Numbered from the stretch's first letter, positions 9,008-18,749 are shown. The stretch: DNA of 64,000 nt from a bacterium (GCA_021159185.1 JAGGSH010000012.1:1235-65234); one strand, 5' to 3'. Made by a program: numbers and translations. Notes: generated by a model not told the origin, from the letters alone.

Positions 9008-9250
9008 AAAGCAAAAAACAAGAATAACAAAAAAATAAAGTACTTCATAATTCCATAAACTACGCGTTTCAATCACACAATATCATCTTACTATATTTTT
9101 TAGTTTTAGAGAAATAAAAAACTGGAACCGTAATTGATTCCAGCTTATAAAACTTTTTTTCACCTCCCCTGTTTTACCGAGGGCGCTAAACCCCCGCCAA
9201 TGCTTCAGTTCACAGAACTTAGCATCTCTTAGATAATGACCACCTACCTT

Positions 9251-9337
9251 TCACGATAAATTTTCTGAGTTGCTAATCTTAGCTCTATTTTCCACAATCG
9301 CCCTAGCCATTTTGGACATTTCCATATTCTCGTACAT
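9251..9337 (-). CDS. Putative 28-aa small protein (MYENMEMSKMARAIVENRAKISNSENLS)
   Basis: AGGAGG 8 nt upstream of ATG; below the ORF-track cutoff. Confidence 0.35.
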   Translation of the reverse strand: MYENMEMSKMARAIVENRAKISNSENLS

Positions 9338-9442
9338 TTAGCAATCCTCCTTTTGGCATTAAAATAGTTGGTACTTCTTCTATCTTTAATGGCAGTTACC
9401 TCCTTTCAAATTTGTAAAAAATTTCACCATTTTCTCTCAATA

Positions 9443-9712
9443 TTAAGAATGAACTCTTTTTTTACAAACAGGGCACATTATATTCCTATGCCCATCAGAA
9501 TATTCCAACCAAAACATTTGTTCGCAATGAGGACAAGTATATCTAACCAATCTATAATTCTTTTCAAAAGGATTATACCTCACCGTCGCTTCAGGCAATT
9601 TTTCCTGATTTGACAATTTTTCTTGCGACGCTTTGCTCGCTATTAGTTTTTTCGCATTGCGTCCAAATCTTTTTTGATGATTGTGACCGATAGTCGTTTT
9701 AGCGCTAAACAT
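9443..9712 (-). CDS. Small zinc-ribbon hypothetical protein
   Basis: CPHC...CPVC; AGGAGG RBS upstream. Confidence 0.65.
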   Translation of the reverse strand: MFSAKTTIGHNHQKRFGRNAKKLIASKASQEKLSNQEKLPEATVRYNPFEKNYRLVRYTCPHCEQMFWLEYSDGHRNIMCPVCKKRVHS

Positions 9713-9803
9713 CCTGCCTCCTTTTGTCAGCTAATTGTTTTGGGCAATATGCCCACTTACTATATTTTAAATTCTTTTGTCAACGAGCTAAGACGCTTAT
9801 TGC

Positions 9804-10490
9804 TTACTTCCACCCTTTCGTTTCCAATCCCTTTTTAGCCGCTTCTCTTTGGGCGTCTTGTTTAGATATCCCTTTCCCTTCAGCAACCAATTCTTCGTCT
9901 AAATAAACTCCAACGATAAAGTGCTTATCATGATCCGGTCCCCATTCTTTTATCAATTTATAGCTGGGAGTAATTTTCTCATGCTCTTGCGCCATTTCTT
10001 GAAAATAGCTTTTGGAATCCATATATGATTTATCTTTCAATACCTTATCTAGATTAACAACTATATTTTTTAAAATAAATTTTTCCGCCGCGCCGTATCC
10101 TTGATCTAGATAAATGGCTCCGATGATAGCTTCCATAGCATTGGCCAAAAGATATTGCCTGGCGCGCCCAGTGTCCTTGGTTTCTCCTTTGCTCATTAAT
10201 AAATAATTATCCACATTTAAACCCTTGGCTACTTTCGCCAACATTTCGCCATTAACCAGCGCCGCCCGCCAGCTGGTAAGATCTCCTTCCGGATTGGGAT
10301 AATTTTTATACAAATAATCTGTCACCGCCAGTTCCAAAACCGCGTCCCCCAAATATTCCATTCTTTCATTATGGTTTAATTTATAACCGCGGTGTTCATT
10401 GAGATAAGAGCGGTGAGTCAAAGCTTCCTGTAAAAATTTTATATCGTTAAATTTTATTCCGATTTTTTTGGAAAAATTTTCAATAGGCAT
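9804..10490 (-). CDS. rnc: Ribonuclease III
   Basis: ALTHRSY, HNERMEYLGDAVL, C-terminal dsRBD. Confidence 0.97.
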   Translation of the reverse strand: MPIENFSKKIGIKFNDIKFLQEALTHRSYLNEHRGYKLNHNERMEYLGDAVLELAVTDYLYKNYPNPEGDLTSWRAALVNGEMLAKVAKGLNVDNYLLMSKGETKDTGRARQYLLANAMEAIIGAIYLDQGYGAAEKFILKNIVVNLDKVLKDKSYMDSKSYFQEMAQEHEKITPSYKLIKEWGPDHDKHFIVGVYLDEELVAEGKGISKQDAQREAAKKGLETKGWK

Positions 10491-10499
10491 AGACACGCA

Positions 10500-10620
10500 A
10501 AACCTAAAATTCAAAGCTCAAATTTCAAATCAAGCACTAAATCTAAAATGCCAAATGGTTATTTTAATTTTTTAGATTTTGAGCTTGATTTGTTATTTTT
10601 ATTTTGAAATTTGGATTTTA
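10500..10620. repeat. Inverted heptamer-array hairpin (family H, empty)
   Basis: AAAYYY-type ~7-nt periodic left arm and complementary TTTRGAT-type right arm. Confidence 0.8.
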
Positions 10621-10643
10621 AAAATTTAAAAAAATTAACTGCT

Positions 10644-11129
10644 CTATTTCTCTTCCAACTTTTCTTCCTCAATATTCTTTTTTTTGTCCGATTCATCGTC
10701 TTTCATCGGTTCTCCCATCTCGCGATAAATTGTTCCCAGCACCCCATTTACAAACTTAGCGGAGTTTGGTCCGCCAAAAGCCTTGGCTAATTCTATGGCT
10801 TCATTGATAGCCACTTTTGGGGGAACTTCATCATAATTCCCATGCATAAGTTCATATATTCCCAGCCTCAAAATATTTCTATCCACTACGGTAATTTGAG
10901 CAATCGGCCATTCCGGAGCGCACTTTTCAATCAGTTCATCTATTTTTTTCTTGTTCTTCAAAACTCCCTCGGTCAATGATTTGGCAAATTCCGTTTCGCT
11001 TGATCCGGAAGCGAAATTTTCTACATTGCGCTGAATTATTTTCGACATTTTATCATTCTGGCAACCTTGAAAATCCCATTCAAAAAGGGATTGCATCGCT
11101 ATTGACCGCTGGAGATGCCTATTTGCCAT
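10644..11129 (-). CDS. nusB: Transcription antitermination factor NusB
   Basis: [27 protein letters not shown]. Confidence 0.96.
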   Translation of the reverse strand: MANRHLQRSIAMQSLFEWDFQGCQNDKMSKIIQRNVENFASGSSETEFAKSLTEGVLKNKKKIDELIEKCAPEWPIAQITVVDRNILRLGIYELMHGNYDEVPPKVAINEAIELAKAFGGPNSAKFVNGVLGTIYREMGEPMKDDESDKKKNIEEEKLEEK

Positions 11130-11316
11130 TTTTGCTTTTCTTTAAAACATTAATAACTTCCCGGCCTTTATAATATCCGCATTTGGGGCAAACGCGGTGA
11201 GGAATTATAAAAGTTCCGCATTTGGGACATTTTTGAAGTTTCTTGGCAGTAAGTTTGTGATTGACTCTGCTCCTGTCTCTTCTGCTTTTATTGTGCCTTT
11301 GTTTCGGTACTGGCAT
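11119..11316 (-). CDS. rpmF: 50S ribosomal protein L32
   Basis: [13 protein letters not shown]...[13 protein letters not shown]. Confidence 0.95.
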   Translation of the reverse strand: MPVPKQRHNKSRRDRSRVNHKLTAKKLQKCPKCGTFIIPHRVCPKCGYYKGREVINVLKKSKNGK

Positions 11317-11324
11317 AAGTCGCA

Positions 11325-11395
11325 AATCTCAAAACATGCAACTCGAAACTCAAGAAAAAGAAAATTTTGAGTTATAAGTTTTGAGTTATAAGTTA
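11325..11395. repeat. Heptamer hairpin (AACTCRN/GAGTT subtype)
   Basis: aactcgaaactcaag...ttttgagttataagttttgagttataagtt. Confidence 0.7.
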
Positions 11396-11475
11396 AAATT
11401 TATAATATATCTCACTATCGCACAGCTTAGCACTAAATATGCTTCATAGCAAGAATGAAAATAAAAAATGCTAAC

Positions 11476-11552
11476 TGGTCCGCCCGACAGGATTTGAACC
11501 TGTGACCATTTGCTTAAAAGGCAACTGCTCTACCAAGCTGAGCTACGGGCGG
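11476..11552 (-). tRNA. tRNA-Lys(TTT), CCA encoded
   Basis: CCGCCCG/CGGGCGG acceptor, loop CTTTTAA, GGTTCAAATCC T-arm. Confidence 0.95.
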
Positions 11553-11610
11553 TTAAACGCTAGCGCAAACAAATAATATTGTACTAAAAATTTCATTTTA
11601 GTCAAGTCTG

Positions 11611-12111
11611 CTACTTTGATTTTCTATTGATAAAAAATAAAAACACCAGCGGGGCTGTCATCCAAAAAATTCTAGCAGAAGGCGAAGCGAAATACTGATA
11701 CATATTCTGCGAAACATATTCCAATAATTTATCTGATGGAACCATAGAAATAATTACGCTGAAAATAAGCCCCACTTCTAAAAAGCTCATTACCACCAGC
11801 CGTCCGAAGAAACCGGATCCCGAACTGGGAATGTGAATATCAAACAAGCTATCCCCTATAATAGTCAGCACCGTTAGTAAAAGCAGGAATAATAATAAGT
11901 TTGAATTAGCGTAAAGATTTAAAAAGTTTTCCGGAATAACCATCAAAATAGCTACGGCGATGTAAACATTTATTAATATATTGGCCAGCCGAAATCTTCC
12001 CACAAACATTCCGAACATTAGGCTGATCGCCACTAAAACCAAAAACAGCGACATATCTCCCGCCAATTTATCCGAAATGCCCATTTTTAAAAAAATACTG
12101 TTTAACCCCAT
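11611..12111 (-). CDS. Multi-pass membrane hypothetical protein
   Basis: About five hydrophobic segments. Confidence 0.75.
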   Translation of the reverse strand: MGLNSIFLKMGISDKLAGDMSLFLVLVAISLMFGMFVGRFRLANILINVYIAVAILMVIPENFLNLYANSNLLLFLLLLTVLTIIGDSLFDIHIPSSGSGFFGRLVVMSFLEVGLIFSVIISMVPSDKLLEYVSQNMYQYFASPSARIFWMTAPLVFLFFINRKSK

Positions 12112-12166
12112 AATTTTTGCTGATTAGACAAAACAAAAGCCATCCGCTACTATTGTATTGTAAAAT

Positions 12167-13630
12167 ATGACTGGAATAAATACAAGAAAAATATTCTTTT
12201 GGTTATTGACGCTGTTTTTTATTTTCACGGCTCTGTTGGTTATTTTTTATACACTGGGCTACCGCTTTAATTTCAAAAGAGGAATTTTTATTTACACCGG
12301 GGCAGTCACCGTCAAGTCTCTCCCCCAAAAAGTGAGTATTTTTATTGACGACGAACCAATCTCCAATAAAAGAACAAACTATTTAAATAATTCTTATCAT
12401 ATTAACGGAGTAAAGCCTCGCAGCCATTTATTAGAAATAAAAGCGCCCGGATACAATACTTGGTTTAAAAAAGTGGCTGTTCATAGCGGAGTTTCAACGG
12501 AGTTCTGGAATGTTCTCCTTACTAAAGAAAGGTATTCTCCCGAAAAATATTTCGCCCATAAAATAGAAAAATTTTTCATATCTCCCAAAAGCAAGAAAAT
12601 AGCTTATGTTCAAAACGAACAAAAAACGGGGGAATTTTTGGTAAAAATACTTGATATTGAAACCGGGATATCAGAAAATATATTTTCCTCCAAGGAATAT
12701 AAATTTTCCACCGATGGGACAGAGAATATTGAATGGTCTCCTCAAGCGCATAAAATTATAATTCCTGCTCAAGAAGAAAGCGGAAAATATTATTTTATTA
12801 TAGATATTGAAAATAAGCAAGCTGTCAATTTTAAAGATATCGTTTCTGAAAAAAAAATACGAAATGTTCGTTGGGATCCTTCAAGCAAAGATTTTTTATT
12901 TTATGTAACGGAAGGATGCTTGCACAGATTAAATCTTAATGACCCGGAAGAAAATAATATTTTAGCTCAAAATATAGCCGGCTATGATTTGTCTTCATCG
13001 GATATTTTTTATCTTCAATCCGGCAACGGGATAATTTACAAGGCTGATCTAAAAAACGGAAAATCTGAAAAGCAAATCACTACCTCTCCGATAAGCGGCG
13101 CGGAAAGCTCTAACTTTCGCGTCATAGCTTACGACGAAAAGAGAATCGCTGTTATTAGCGGCGATAAAAAACTCTATATTTATAATGACGGGGAAAAAGA
13201 AAAATATTTTAACCAACCGGCGGGAGAAATTTTGGGCGTCCAATTTTCCAATGACGGTAAAAAATTATTATATTGGACCGACAGAGAAATTTTCGTTTAT
13301 TTCACCCGCGATTGGGATGTCCAGCCAGCGCGAATGGAAAATGAAACCAAGCTTATTACCCGCTTTTCCCGCCAAATTAAAAATGTTCAATGGTCCAAAG
13401 AATATGAGCACATTATTTTCAGCGCGGAAAATGTTATAAAAATTATTGAGCTGGACCGCCGCGACCATCGCAACACTATGGATATTGTAAAGCTTAATAG
13501 CGATAATTCACAAGTGATAGCCAATTTTTCCGAAAACAAATTATATTTCACGGATATCAATGAAAATGAATCTTTTTCTGATTTATATTCCATTGAATTC
13601 CCCGATAAAAACGGATTTTTGGGACAGTAA
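12167..13630 (+). CDS. Membrane-anchored PEGA-like plus beta-propeller protein
   Basis: N-terminal TM, LGYRF...TGAVTVKSLP, repeated WSP/FSNDGKK propeller blades. Confidence 0.7.
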   Translation: MTGINTRKIFFWLLTLFFIFTALLVIFYTLGYRFNFKRGIFIYTGAVTVKSLPQKVSIFIDDEPISNKRTNYLNNSYHINGVKPRSHLLEIKAPGYNTWFKKVAVHSGVSTEFWNVLLTKERYSPEKYFAHKIEKFFISPKSKKIAYVQNEQKTGEFLVKILDIETGISENIFSSKEYKFSTDGTENIEWSPQAHKIIIPAQEESGKYYFIIDIENKQAVNFKDIVSEKKIRNVRWDPSSKDFLFYVTEGCLHRLNLNDPEENNILAQNIAGYDLSSSDIFYLQSGNGIIYKADLKNGKSEKQITTSPISGAESSNFRVIAYDEKRIAVISGDKKLYIYNDGEKEKYFNQPAGEILGVQFSNDGKKLLYWTDREIFVYFTRDWDVQPARMENETKLITRFSRQIKNVQWSKEYEHIIFSAENVIKIIELDRRDHRNTMDIVKLNSDNSQVIANFSENKLYFTDINENESFSDLYSIEFPDKNGFLGQ

Positions 13631-13746
13631 ATAATAGCATATGAGTGCTAAAAATAATAAGGCGCCATAATAAATACTGAATTTAAAATTACCTTCCACT
13701 ACTGCATAATCGTGCAGTAATCGCATAATGTTAAAATGAGATTGTG

Positions 13747-13770
13747 TGTCCTTATGTGGTTATATGGACA
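13747..13770. repeat. Imperfect palindrome also found at 52024-52045
   Basis: TGTCCTTATGTGGTTATATGGA identical in both places. Confidence 0.75.
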
Positions 13771-13779
13771 TCTAGATAC

Positions 13780-13811
13780 AAAAAACACTGAATTAAATTT
13801 CAGTGTTTTTT
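13780..13811. terminator. Bidirectional intrinsic terminator
   Basis: AAAAAACACTGAA-ttaaat-TTCAGTGTTTTTT. Confidence 0.8.
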
Positions 13812-13841
13812 GCAATAAAATAAATAAAAATTCGTAAAATC

Positions 13842-14312
13842 CTATCTCTTCTGCCACTGGGGCGCTCGGCGGGCTTTTTTTAGTCCGGGTTTTTTTCGCT
13901 CTACAATTCTGGCGTCGCGAGTCAGAAATCCGGCGCTTTTAAGAGGTTTTCTAAAATTCTCGTCAAATTTTACTAACGCCCTGGCAATTCCCAGCCTGAT
14001 AGCTTTCACTTGTCCGCTTAATCCCCCGCCTTTAACTAAAACGGATATTCGCAATTTATTCTGCATTCCTGCTGTTTTGAGCGCGCTGAGAAAAATATTT
14101 TGCAATGCCAATATAGGAAAATATTCTTTCATTTTTCTCTCATTAACAGCCAAACCATCCTCTCCCGCCTTTTTTTCAGGATAAAGACGTACTTGCGCTA
14201 CGGAAGTCTTTCTTCGACCAACCGCGTAAAAATATTTCTCGGGCGCCTTAACCGCTTCCGATTTTTTAACAGTCTTTTTAATATTCTTTTTTTCTTTAAC
14301 TTTTTCCGCCAT
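13842..14312 (-). CDS. rpsI: 30S ribosomal protein S9
   Basis: AVGRRKTSVA, LTRDAR, GLKKARRAPQWQKR. Confidence 0.97.
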   Translation of the reverse strand: MAEKVKEKKNIKKTVKKSEAVKAPEKYFYAVGRRKTSVAQVRLYPEKKAGEDGLAVNERKMKEYFPILALQNIFLSALKTAGMQNKLRISVLVKGGGLSGQVKAIRLGIARALVKFDENFRKPLKSAGFLTRDARIVERKKPGLKKARRAPQWQKR

Positions 14313-14318
14313 AACTTA

Positions 14319-14732
14319 TTATTCGTGATTATTTGCGATTGAATCAGTGTTGATTAGGGATTCATATTTTCCAGGCGCGTCTTTTTTATAAATAAACAGC
14401 CTTTTCAGCATACAGCGCCTTAATTTATTTTTGGGAAGCATTCCGTAAACCGCGCTTTTTATAATTTTCCGAGAGTCTTTTTTAATTTGATCTTTAAAGG
14501 CTATTTCCGTAATCCCCCCGGGATAGCCGCTGAAACGATAATATATCTTACCCTTGGTTTTATTGCCTGTAACTTTCACTTCGTCGGAATTTGTTATCAC
14601 CGCAAAACCGCCTCCGTCAACATTGGGAGTAAAATCAACTTTGTTCCGCCCGCTAAGAACCTCGGCAATTTCAACCGCCAAGCGCCCTAAAATTTTCCCT
14701 TGAGCGTTAAATAAATGGTATTTCCTGTTCAT
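14319..14732 (-). CDS. rplM: 50S ribosomal protein L13
   Basis: ILGRLA, SGYPGG, AVYGMLPKN. Confidence 0.96.
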   Translation of the reverse strand: MNRKYHLFNAQGKILGRLAVEIAEVLSGRNKVDFTPNVDGGGFAVITNSDEVKVTGNKTKGKIYYRFSGYPGGITEIAFKDQIKKDSRKIIKSAVYGMLPKNKLRRCMLKRLFIYKKDAPGKYESLINTDSIANNHE

Positions 14733-14792
14733 AATGATATAAATTTCTGATTCGCCAGTTTTTTATATATTCCTCTTGATTGTCTTCCATAT

Positions 14793-14881
14793 GTCATTCC
14801 CGCCCCGCTAAGCGGGGGGATCCAGAGTGATTTCTGGAGTTAGTAATTTCATCCTGGATTCCCGATCAAGTCGGGAATGAC
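14793..14881. repeat. Family A element (short type) with nested CCCGCTAAGCGGG
   Basis: GTCATTCCC...GGGAATGAC termini. Confidence 0.9.
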
Positions 14882-14893
14882 ATTAGAGCAATC

Positions 14894-15259
14894 TCATACA
14901 AATTCTATCATCGCCATTTTGGCGCTATCGCTTTCTCTGGCTTTCAATTTTATAATTCTTGTGTATCCGCTATTTCTTGTTTCAAATTTTTTTGAATAAT
15001 CCCCCGTTATTTTTTTAACCGCTTCCGCGGAAATTTTGCAACTTAAATTTCTTATCATCGCCACTTTATCAATTTTGCCATTTTTGTTTTTTTTAACCTC
15101 GCTGACAAGCTTATCTATCAATGGCTTTATTTCTTTCGCCTTAGCTTCAGTGGTAGTAATTTTTTCATTCATTATTAAACTTCCCAACAGCGTTTTTTTT
15201 AACGCTCTCCTTTGCTTTCTGACTCGGCTTAATTTTCGTCCCGCTTTTTTATGCTTCAT
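14894..15259 (-). CDS. rplQ: 50S ribosomal protein L17
   Basis: MKHKKAGRKLSR, ITTTEAKAK, SGYTRIIK. Confidence 0.96.
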   Translation of the reverse strand: MKHKKAGRKLSRVRKQRRALKKTLLGSLIMNEKITTTEAKAKEIKPLIDKLVSEVKKNKNGKIDKVAMIRNLSCKISAEAVKKITGDYSKKFETRNSGYTRIIKLKARESDSAKMAMIEFV

Positions 15260-15269
15260 AGCGCTTAAA

Positions 15270-16247
15270 TTATTTGGAGCTTTTTAATATAAGCCCGAAA
15301 CTTCCAATGGCTTTTTTCATTTCTTTTACGCCTTTGCCACCCATTCCTTCCAGTCCGATTAATTCCTTTTCCGACAATTTAACTATATCACCCACTTTTG
15401 ATATTTTATTGGCGCTTAAAGTATTCAGCGTTCTAGTGGAAAGGACTTTAAGATCTTCTACCTTTATTTTTTTCGGGTCAGGTATTTCTTTTTGAGCCTT
15501 TTTTGGCTTCACCGCTTTCATTTCTCTTTCTTCACCTTTTTTATCCTTTTTCTTCTCCTCCGAAGAAAGTTCAAAAAGCGCGGAGAACTGGTCAACCAAA
15601 ATATGCGTCGCTTTTTTAAACGCCTCTTGAGGAGAAATACTTCCATCCGTAATAATTTCTAAAGTAACCCTGTTATAATCAGTTCTTTTGCCTACCCTCA
15701 TATTTTCTATAACATAGTTTACTCTCCTAATAGGCGTGTAAACAGCATCAATAGCTATCACTCCGACTTTTTTTTCTTTTCTTTCTTGCTGTTCCACCGG
15801 CACATAGCCCATTCCTCTGCTAATTTCCAAATCCATTTTAATTTCAGTATCTTTATCCGTGGCATTGGAAATAAGCTGGCTAGTATTCATTACTTCCACG
15901 CTGGAAGGACATTCAATCTCCTTAGCGGTAACCTTGCCTTCTCCTTTCCAATTCAAACTGGCTGTAACAGGCTCGTCTCCATGCATTTTAAGCCGCACTT
16001 TTTTTAAATTAAGTATGATTTGCACAACATCTTCCGGAACTCCTTCAATAGTGGAAAATTCATGCAGAACTCCTTTAATTTTAACCGAGGTAATGGCCGC
16101 GCCTTCCAAGGAAGACAATAATACCCGGCGAATAGCATTGCCTAAGGTAGCTCCATACCCGGGATGGCAGCCTTCTATTATAAATTTTCCGCTGTTTTTG
16201 CCTGTTGAGACAAATTTCGGTTTCTGGGGAAGTGACATAGCTTGCAT
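15270..16247 (-). CDS. rpoA: RNA polymerase subunit alpha
   Basis: GYGATLGNAIRRVLLSSLEG, HEFSTIEGV, alpha-CTD. Confidence 0.97.
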   Translation of the reverse strand: MQAMSLPQKPKFVSTGKNSGKFIIEGCHPGYGATLGNAIRRVLLSSLEGAAITSVKIKGVLHEFSTIEGVPEDVVQIILNLKKVRLKMHGDEPVTASLNWKGEGKVTAKEIECPSSVEVMNTSQLISNATDKDTEIKMDLEISRGMGYVPVEQQERKEKKVGVIAIDAVYTPIRRVNYVIENMRVGKRTDYNRVTLEIITDGSISPQEAFKKATHILVDQFSALFELSSEEKKKDKKGEEREMKAVKPKKAQKEIPDPKKIKVEDLKVLSTRTLNTLSANKISKVGDIVKLSEKELIGLEGMGGKGVKEMKKAIGSFGLILKSSK

Positions 16248-16323
16248 AAAATTACTGGCGGTGAATTCCGCGCAGAATTTCTGCGCCAAACTGCCGCTAA
16301 GCTAAATATTTATTATAATTTTA

Positions 16324-16956
16324 TTATCTTGAATAATATTCAACCACTAATTGAGGATTAACTCCTACTTCGGTTTTTTCCATGGATGGGCTGGACAAAA
16401 CTTTTCCTTCCAGTTTTTTCGCGTCAAAGCTGATCCATGCGGGAAAATCTTTTTTATTTTTTAAAATCTGGGATCTGTTTTTAAAATAGTTTTTATTTTT
16501 TTTATTGCCTCTCACGGATATTAAATCGCTTGTTTTAATTTTACAAGAAGGAATATTTACCTTTCTTCCATTAACTTCAAAAACGCCATGCCCCACCAGC
16601 TGTCTGGCTAGCGCTCTGGAACTGGCGAAACCCATGCGATAAACTACATTATCCATTCTCATTTCCAATCTTTCCATTAAAAGATCGCCTGTCACTCCTT
16701 CTTTATTTTTAATTTCGTCAAAATGTTTTTTGAATTGTTTTTCCATTATTCCGTAAATCCTTTTGATTTTTTGTTTCATGGCAAGCTGTTTCCCATATTC
16801 ACTCAATCCCCGCCCAAAGTTCTTGCCATGCATTCCCGGCGGATAAGCTTTTTTTATCATAGCGCACTTAGGCGAATTACAACGATCACCTTTCAAAAAA
16901 AGTTTTTCTCCAGCCCTTCGGCATTTTCTGCATTTTGCTTTTGTATCTCTAGCCAT
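16324..16956 (-). CDS. rpsD: 30S ribosomal protein S4
   Basis: CRKCRRAGEKLFLKG, LEMRMDNVVYRMGFA, VVEYYSR. Confidence 0.97.
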   Translation of the reverse strand: MARDTKAKCRKCRRAGEKLFLKGDRCNSPKCAMIKKAYPPGMHGKNFGRGLSEYGKQLAMKQKIKRIYGIMEKQFKKHFDEIKNKEGVTGDLLMERLEMRMDNVVYRMGFASSRALARQLVGHGVFEVNGRKVNIPSCKIKTSDLISVRGNKKNKNYFKNRSQILKNKKDFPAWISFDAKKLEGKVLSSPSMEKTEVGVNPQLVVEYYSR

Positions 16957-16969
16957 AGTTGTTCTTGTA

Positions 16970-17067
16970 ACTCGCCTCTTGTAGCTTGAAACTCAAGATA
17001 AGAAATTGATCAATTATTAAATCTTAATTCTTGGGTTATAAGTTGCGAGTTGCGAGTTTTGAGATTA
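16970..17067. repeat. 98-bp direct repeat copy 1 (heptamer hairpin)
   Basis: Matches 17472-17569 with one mismatch. Confidence 0.92.
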
Positions 17068-17454
17068 TGTTTTTTCCGACGCTGATCTTCTTCCGCTTCC
17101 CATCGTGCGCCGCACATTCCCCCTTACGGTTCTGGTGTTAGTCTTGGTTCTCTGCCCTCTTACCGGAAGGCCTTTTTGGTGCCTGATTCCCCGATAGCAT
17201 CCAATTTCTTTTAAACGCCTGATATTCATTTCAACACTATGTTTTAACTCTCCTTCTACGCTGTACTTTTTCTCTATTTCGTTTCTAAGGCTGTTAACTT
17301 CTTCAGCAGATAAATCTTTCGTTTTAGTATCTTTATTAATTTTAAGGCACTCCAAAATTTTTCCACTGCAAGGCTTGCCTATGCCATAAATATAAGTTAA
17401 CGCGATTTCTATTCTCTTGTTATCGGGAATATTAATCCCAGCTATTCTAACCAT
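17065..17454 (-). CDS. rpsM: 30S ribosomal protein S13
   Basis: [22 protein letters not shown]. Confidence 0.97.
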   Translation of the reverse strand: MVRIAGINIPDNKRIEIALTYIYGIGKPCSGKILECLKINKDTKTKDLSAEEVNSLRNEIEKKYSVEGELKHSVEMNIRRLKEIGCYRGIRHQKGLPVRGQRTKTNTRTVRGNVRRTMGSGRRSASEKT

Positions 17455-17471
17455 AATTCTTACAACTCACG

Positions 17472-17569
17472 ACTCGCCTCTTGTAACTTGAAACTCAAGA
17501 TAAGAAATTGATCAATTATTAAATCTTAATTCTTGGGTTATAAGTTGCGAGTTGCGAGTTTTGAGATTA
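17472..17569. repeat. 98-bp direct repeat copy 2
   Basis: Matches 16970-17067 with one mismatch. Confidence 0.92.
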
Positions 17570-18148
17570 CACTCGGCGCGGTTTGCGCGAACGGCATCCA
17601 TTATGAGGTATGGGGGTCATATCTCTAATCGCCAACAGCGTAAACCCGCCATTAGCTAAAGACCTGACGGACGACTCTCTTCCGCTTCCCACACCCTTAA
17701 TAAAAACTTCCAATTCACGGACATCAAATTTTTTCACTTTTTCAGCCACATCTCTGGCCACTTGAGTAGCGGCGTAAGGAGTGGATTTTTTAGCTCCTTT
17801 AAATCCTAGTAATCCCGCGCTAGACCAACCCAAAACGGCGCCGTTAAGATCAGAAATGGTTATCATTGTATTATTGTAAGTGCACTGAATATGCGCCTGC
17901 CCTTTCAGCACCTGCCGTTTTATTTTTTTCTTTTTTTTATTTTTGGCAACCGCTTCCGGTTTTTTCACTCCTCTCTTTTCTTCCATCTTTTTAGTTTTTG
18001 CGTCCTTTTTATTTTTTCCTTTTTTTTCCGGCACAGTTTTATTAGCAATAGATTTAGCAACAGATAATTTATCTATCTTTTGTTTATCTTCCGCATTTTT
18101 AGCGAGAGATTTTTTCTTTTTTTCAATTTTTTTATTTTCCTCTGCCAT
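17567..18148 (-). CDS. rpsK: 30S ribosomal protein S11 with ~70-aa K-rich N-terminal extension
   Basis: TYNNT, GFKGAKKSTPYAA, TPIPHNGCR. Confidence 0.97.
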   Translation of the reverse strand: MAEENKKIEKKKKSLAKNAEDKQKIDKLSVAKSIANKTVPEKKGKNKKDAKTKKMEEKRGVKKPEAVAKNKKKKKIKRQVLKGQAHIQCTYNNTMITISDLNGAVLGWSSAGLLGFKGAKKSTPYAATQVARDVAEKVKKFDVRELEVFIKGVGSGRESSVRSLANGGFTLLAIRDMTPIPHNGCRSRKPRRV

Positions 18149-18160
18149 ATTATTTTTAAA

Positions 18161-18259
18161 CTCACAATTTATAATTTATCTTGTAACTTGCAGCTCAAGA
18201 AAGAAAAATTATAAATCTTAATTCTTAAGTTTCGAGTTACGCGTTACAAGTTACGTGTT
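18161..18259. repeat. Diverged heptamer hairpin related to the 98-bp repeats
   Basis: cttgtaacttgcagctcaaga...aaatcttaattcttaagtttcgagttacgcgttacaagtta. Confidence 0.75.
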
Positions 18260-18373
18260 TTACCCTTGTCTCTGTTTATGTCTCGGATTAGAACAAATCA
18301 CATAGAGTCTTCCTCTGCGCTTCACTATTTTGCACTTATCGCACATTTTTTTAACTGACGCTCTAACTTTCAT
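18260..18373 (-). CDS. rpmJ: 50S ribosomal protein L36 (not in ORF track)
   Basis: [37 protein letters not shown]; ATGA overlap with infA. Confidence 0.97.
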   Translation of the reverse strand: MKVRASVKKMCDKCKIVKRRGRLYVICSNPRHKQRQG

Positions 18374-18582
18374 AGCCTTTGAGTTATTCTTCCTTTAGTT
18401 AAATCATAAGGACTCATTTCCAATAAAACTTTATCCCCCGGCAATAATCGAATATAATTAACTCTCATTCTACCCGAAATGTGGGCTAAGATTTCATGGC
18501 CATTCTCCAGCTTAACTTTAAAAGTGGTGCTGGGCAATGTTTCCATAACTACGCCCTCAAGTTTTATTAATTCTTTTCCCAT
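18370..18582 (-). CDS. infA: Translation initiation factor IF-1
   Basis: [19 protein letters not shown]. Confidence 0.97.
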   Translation of the reverse strand: MGKELIKLEGVVMETLPSTTFKVKLENGHEILAHISGRMRVNYIRLLPGDKVLLEMSPYDLTKGRITQRL

Positions 18583-18749
18583 ATTAAAGCCAATATAAAA
18601 ATAGAGGGACTTTTTCTTCTCCGGCTAAAAATCGGAGAAGTGTTAACAAGCCAGTCCTAATTCTTGAAACTTGAGTTCTGCTGAAAAACAGCAGACCAAT
18701 GAAACCTCTATTTTAAAACTTCTATTAAATTTTCCAAATGTCTTAATCC

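Noticed and set aside
8874-9014. N-terminal extension of SMC (and likewise 4051-4185 for L10) in the ORF track
   Set aside because: These are chance translations of repeat elements; canonical starts lie at 8873 and 4050
16970-18259. Integron attC cassette array
   Set aside because: No integron integrase, the cassettes are core ribosomal genes, and I could not establish canonical attC box architecture
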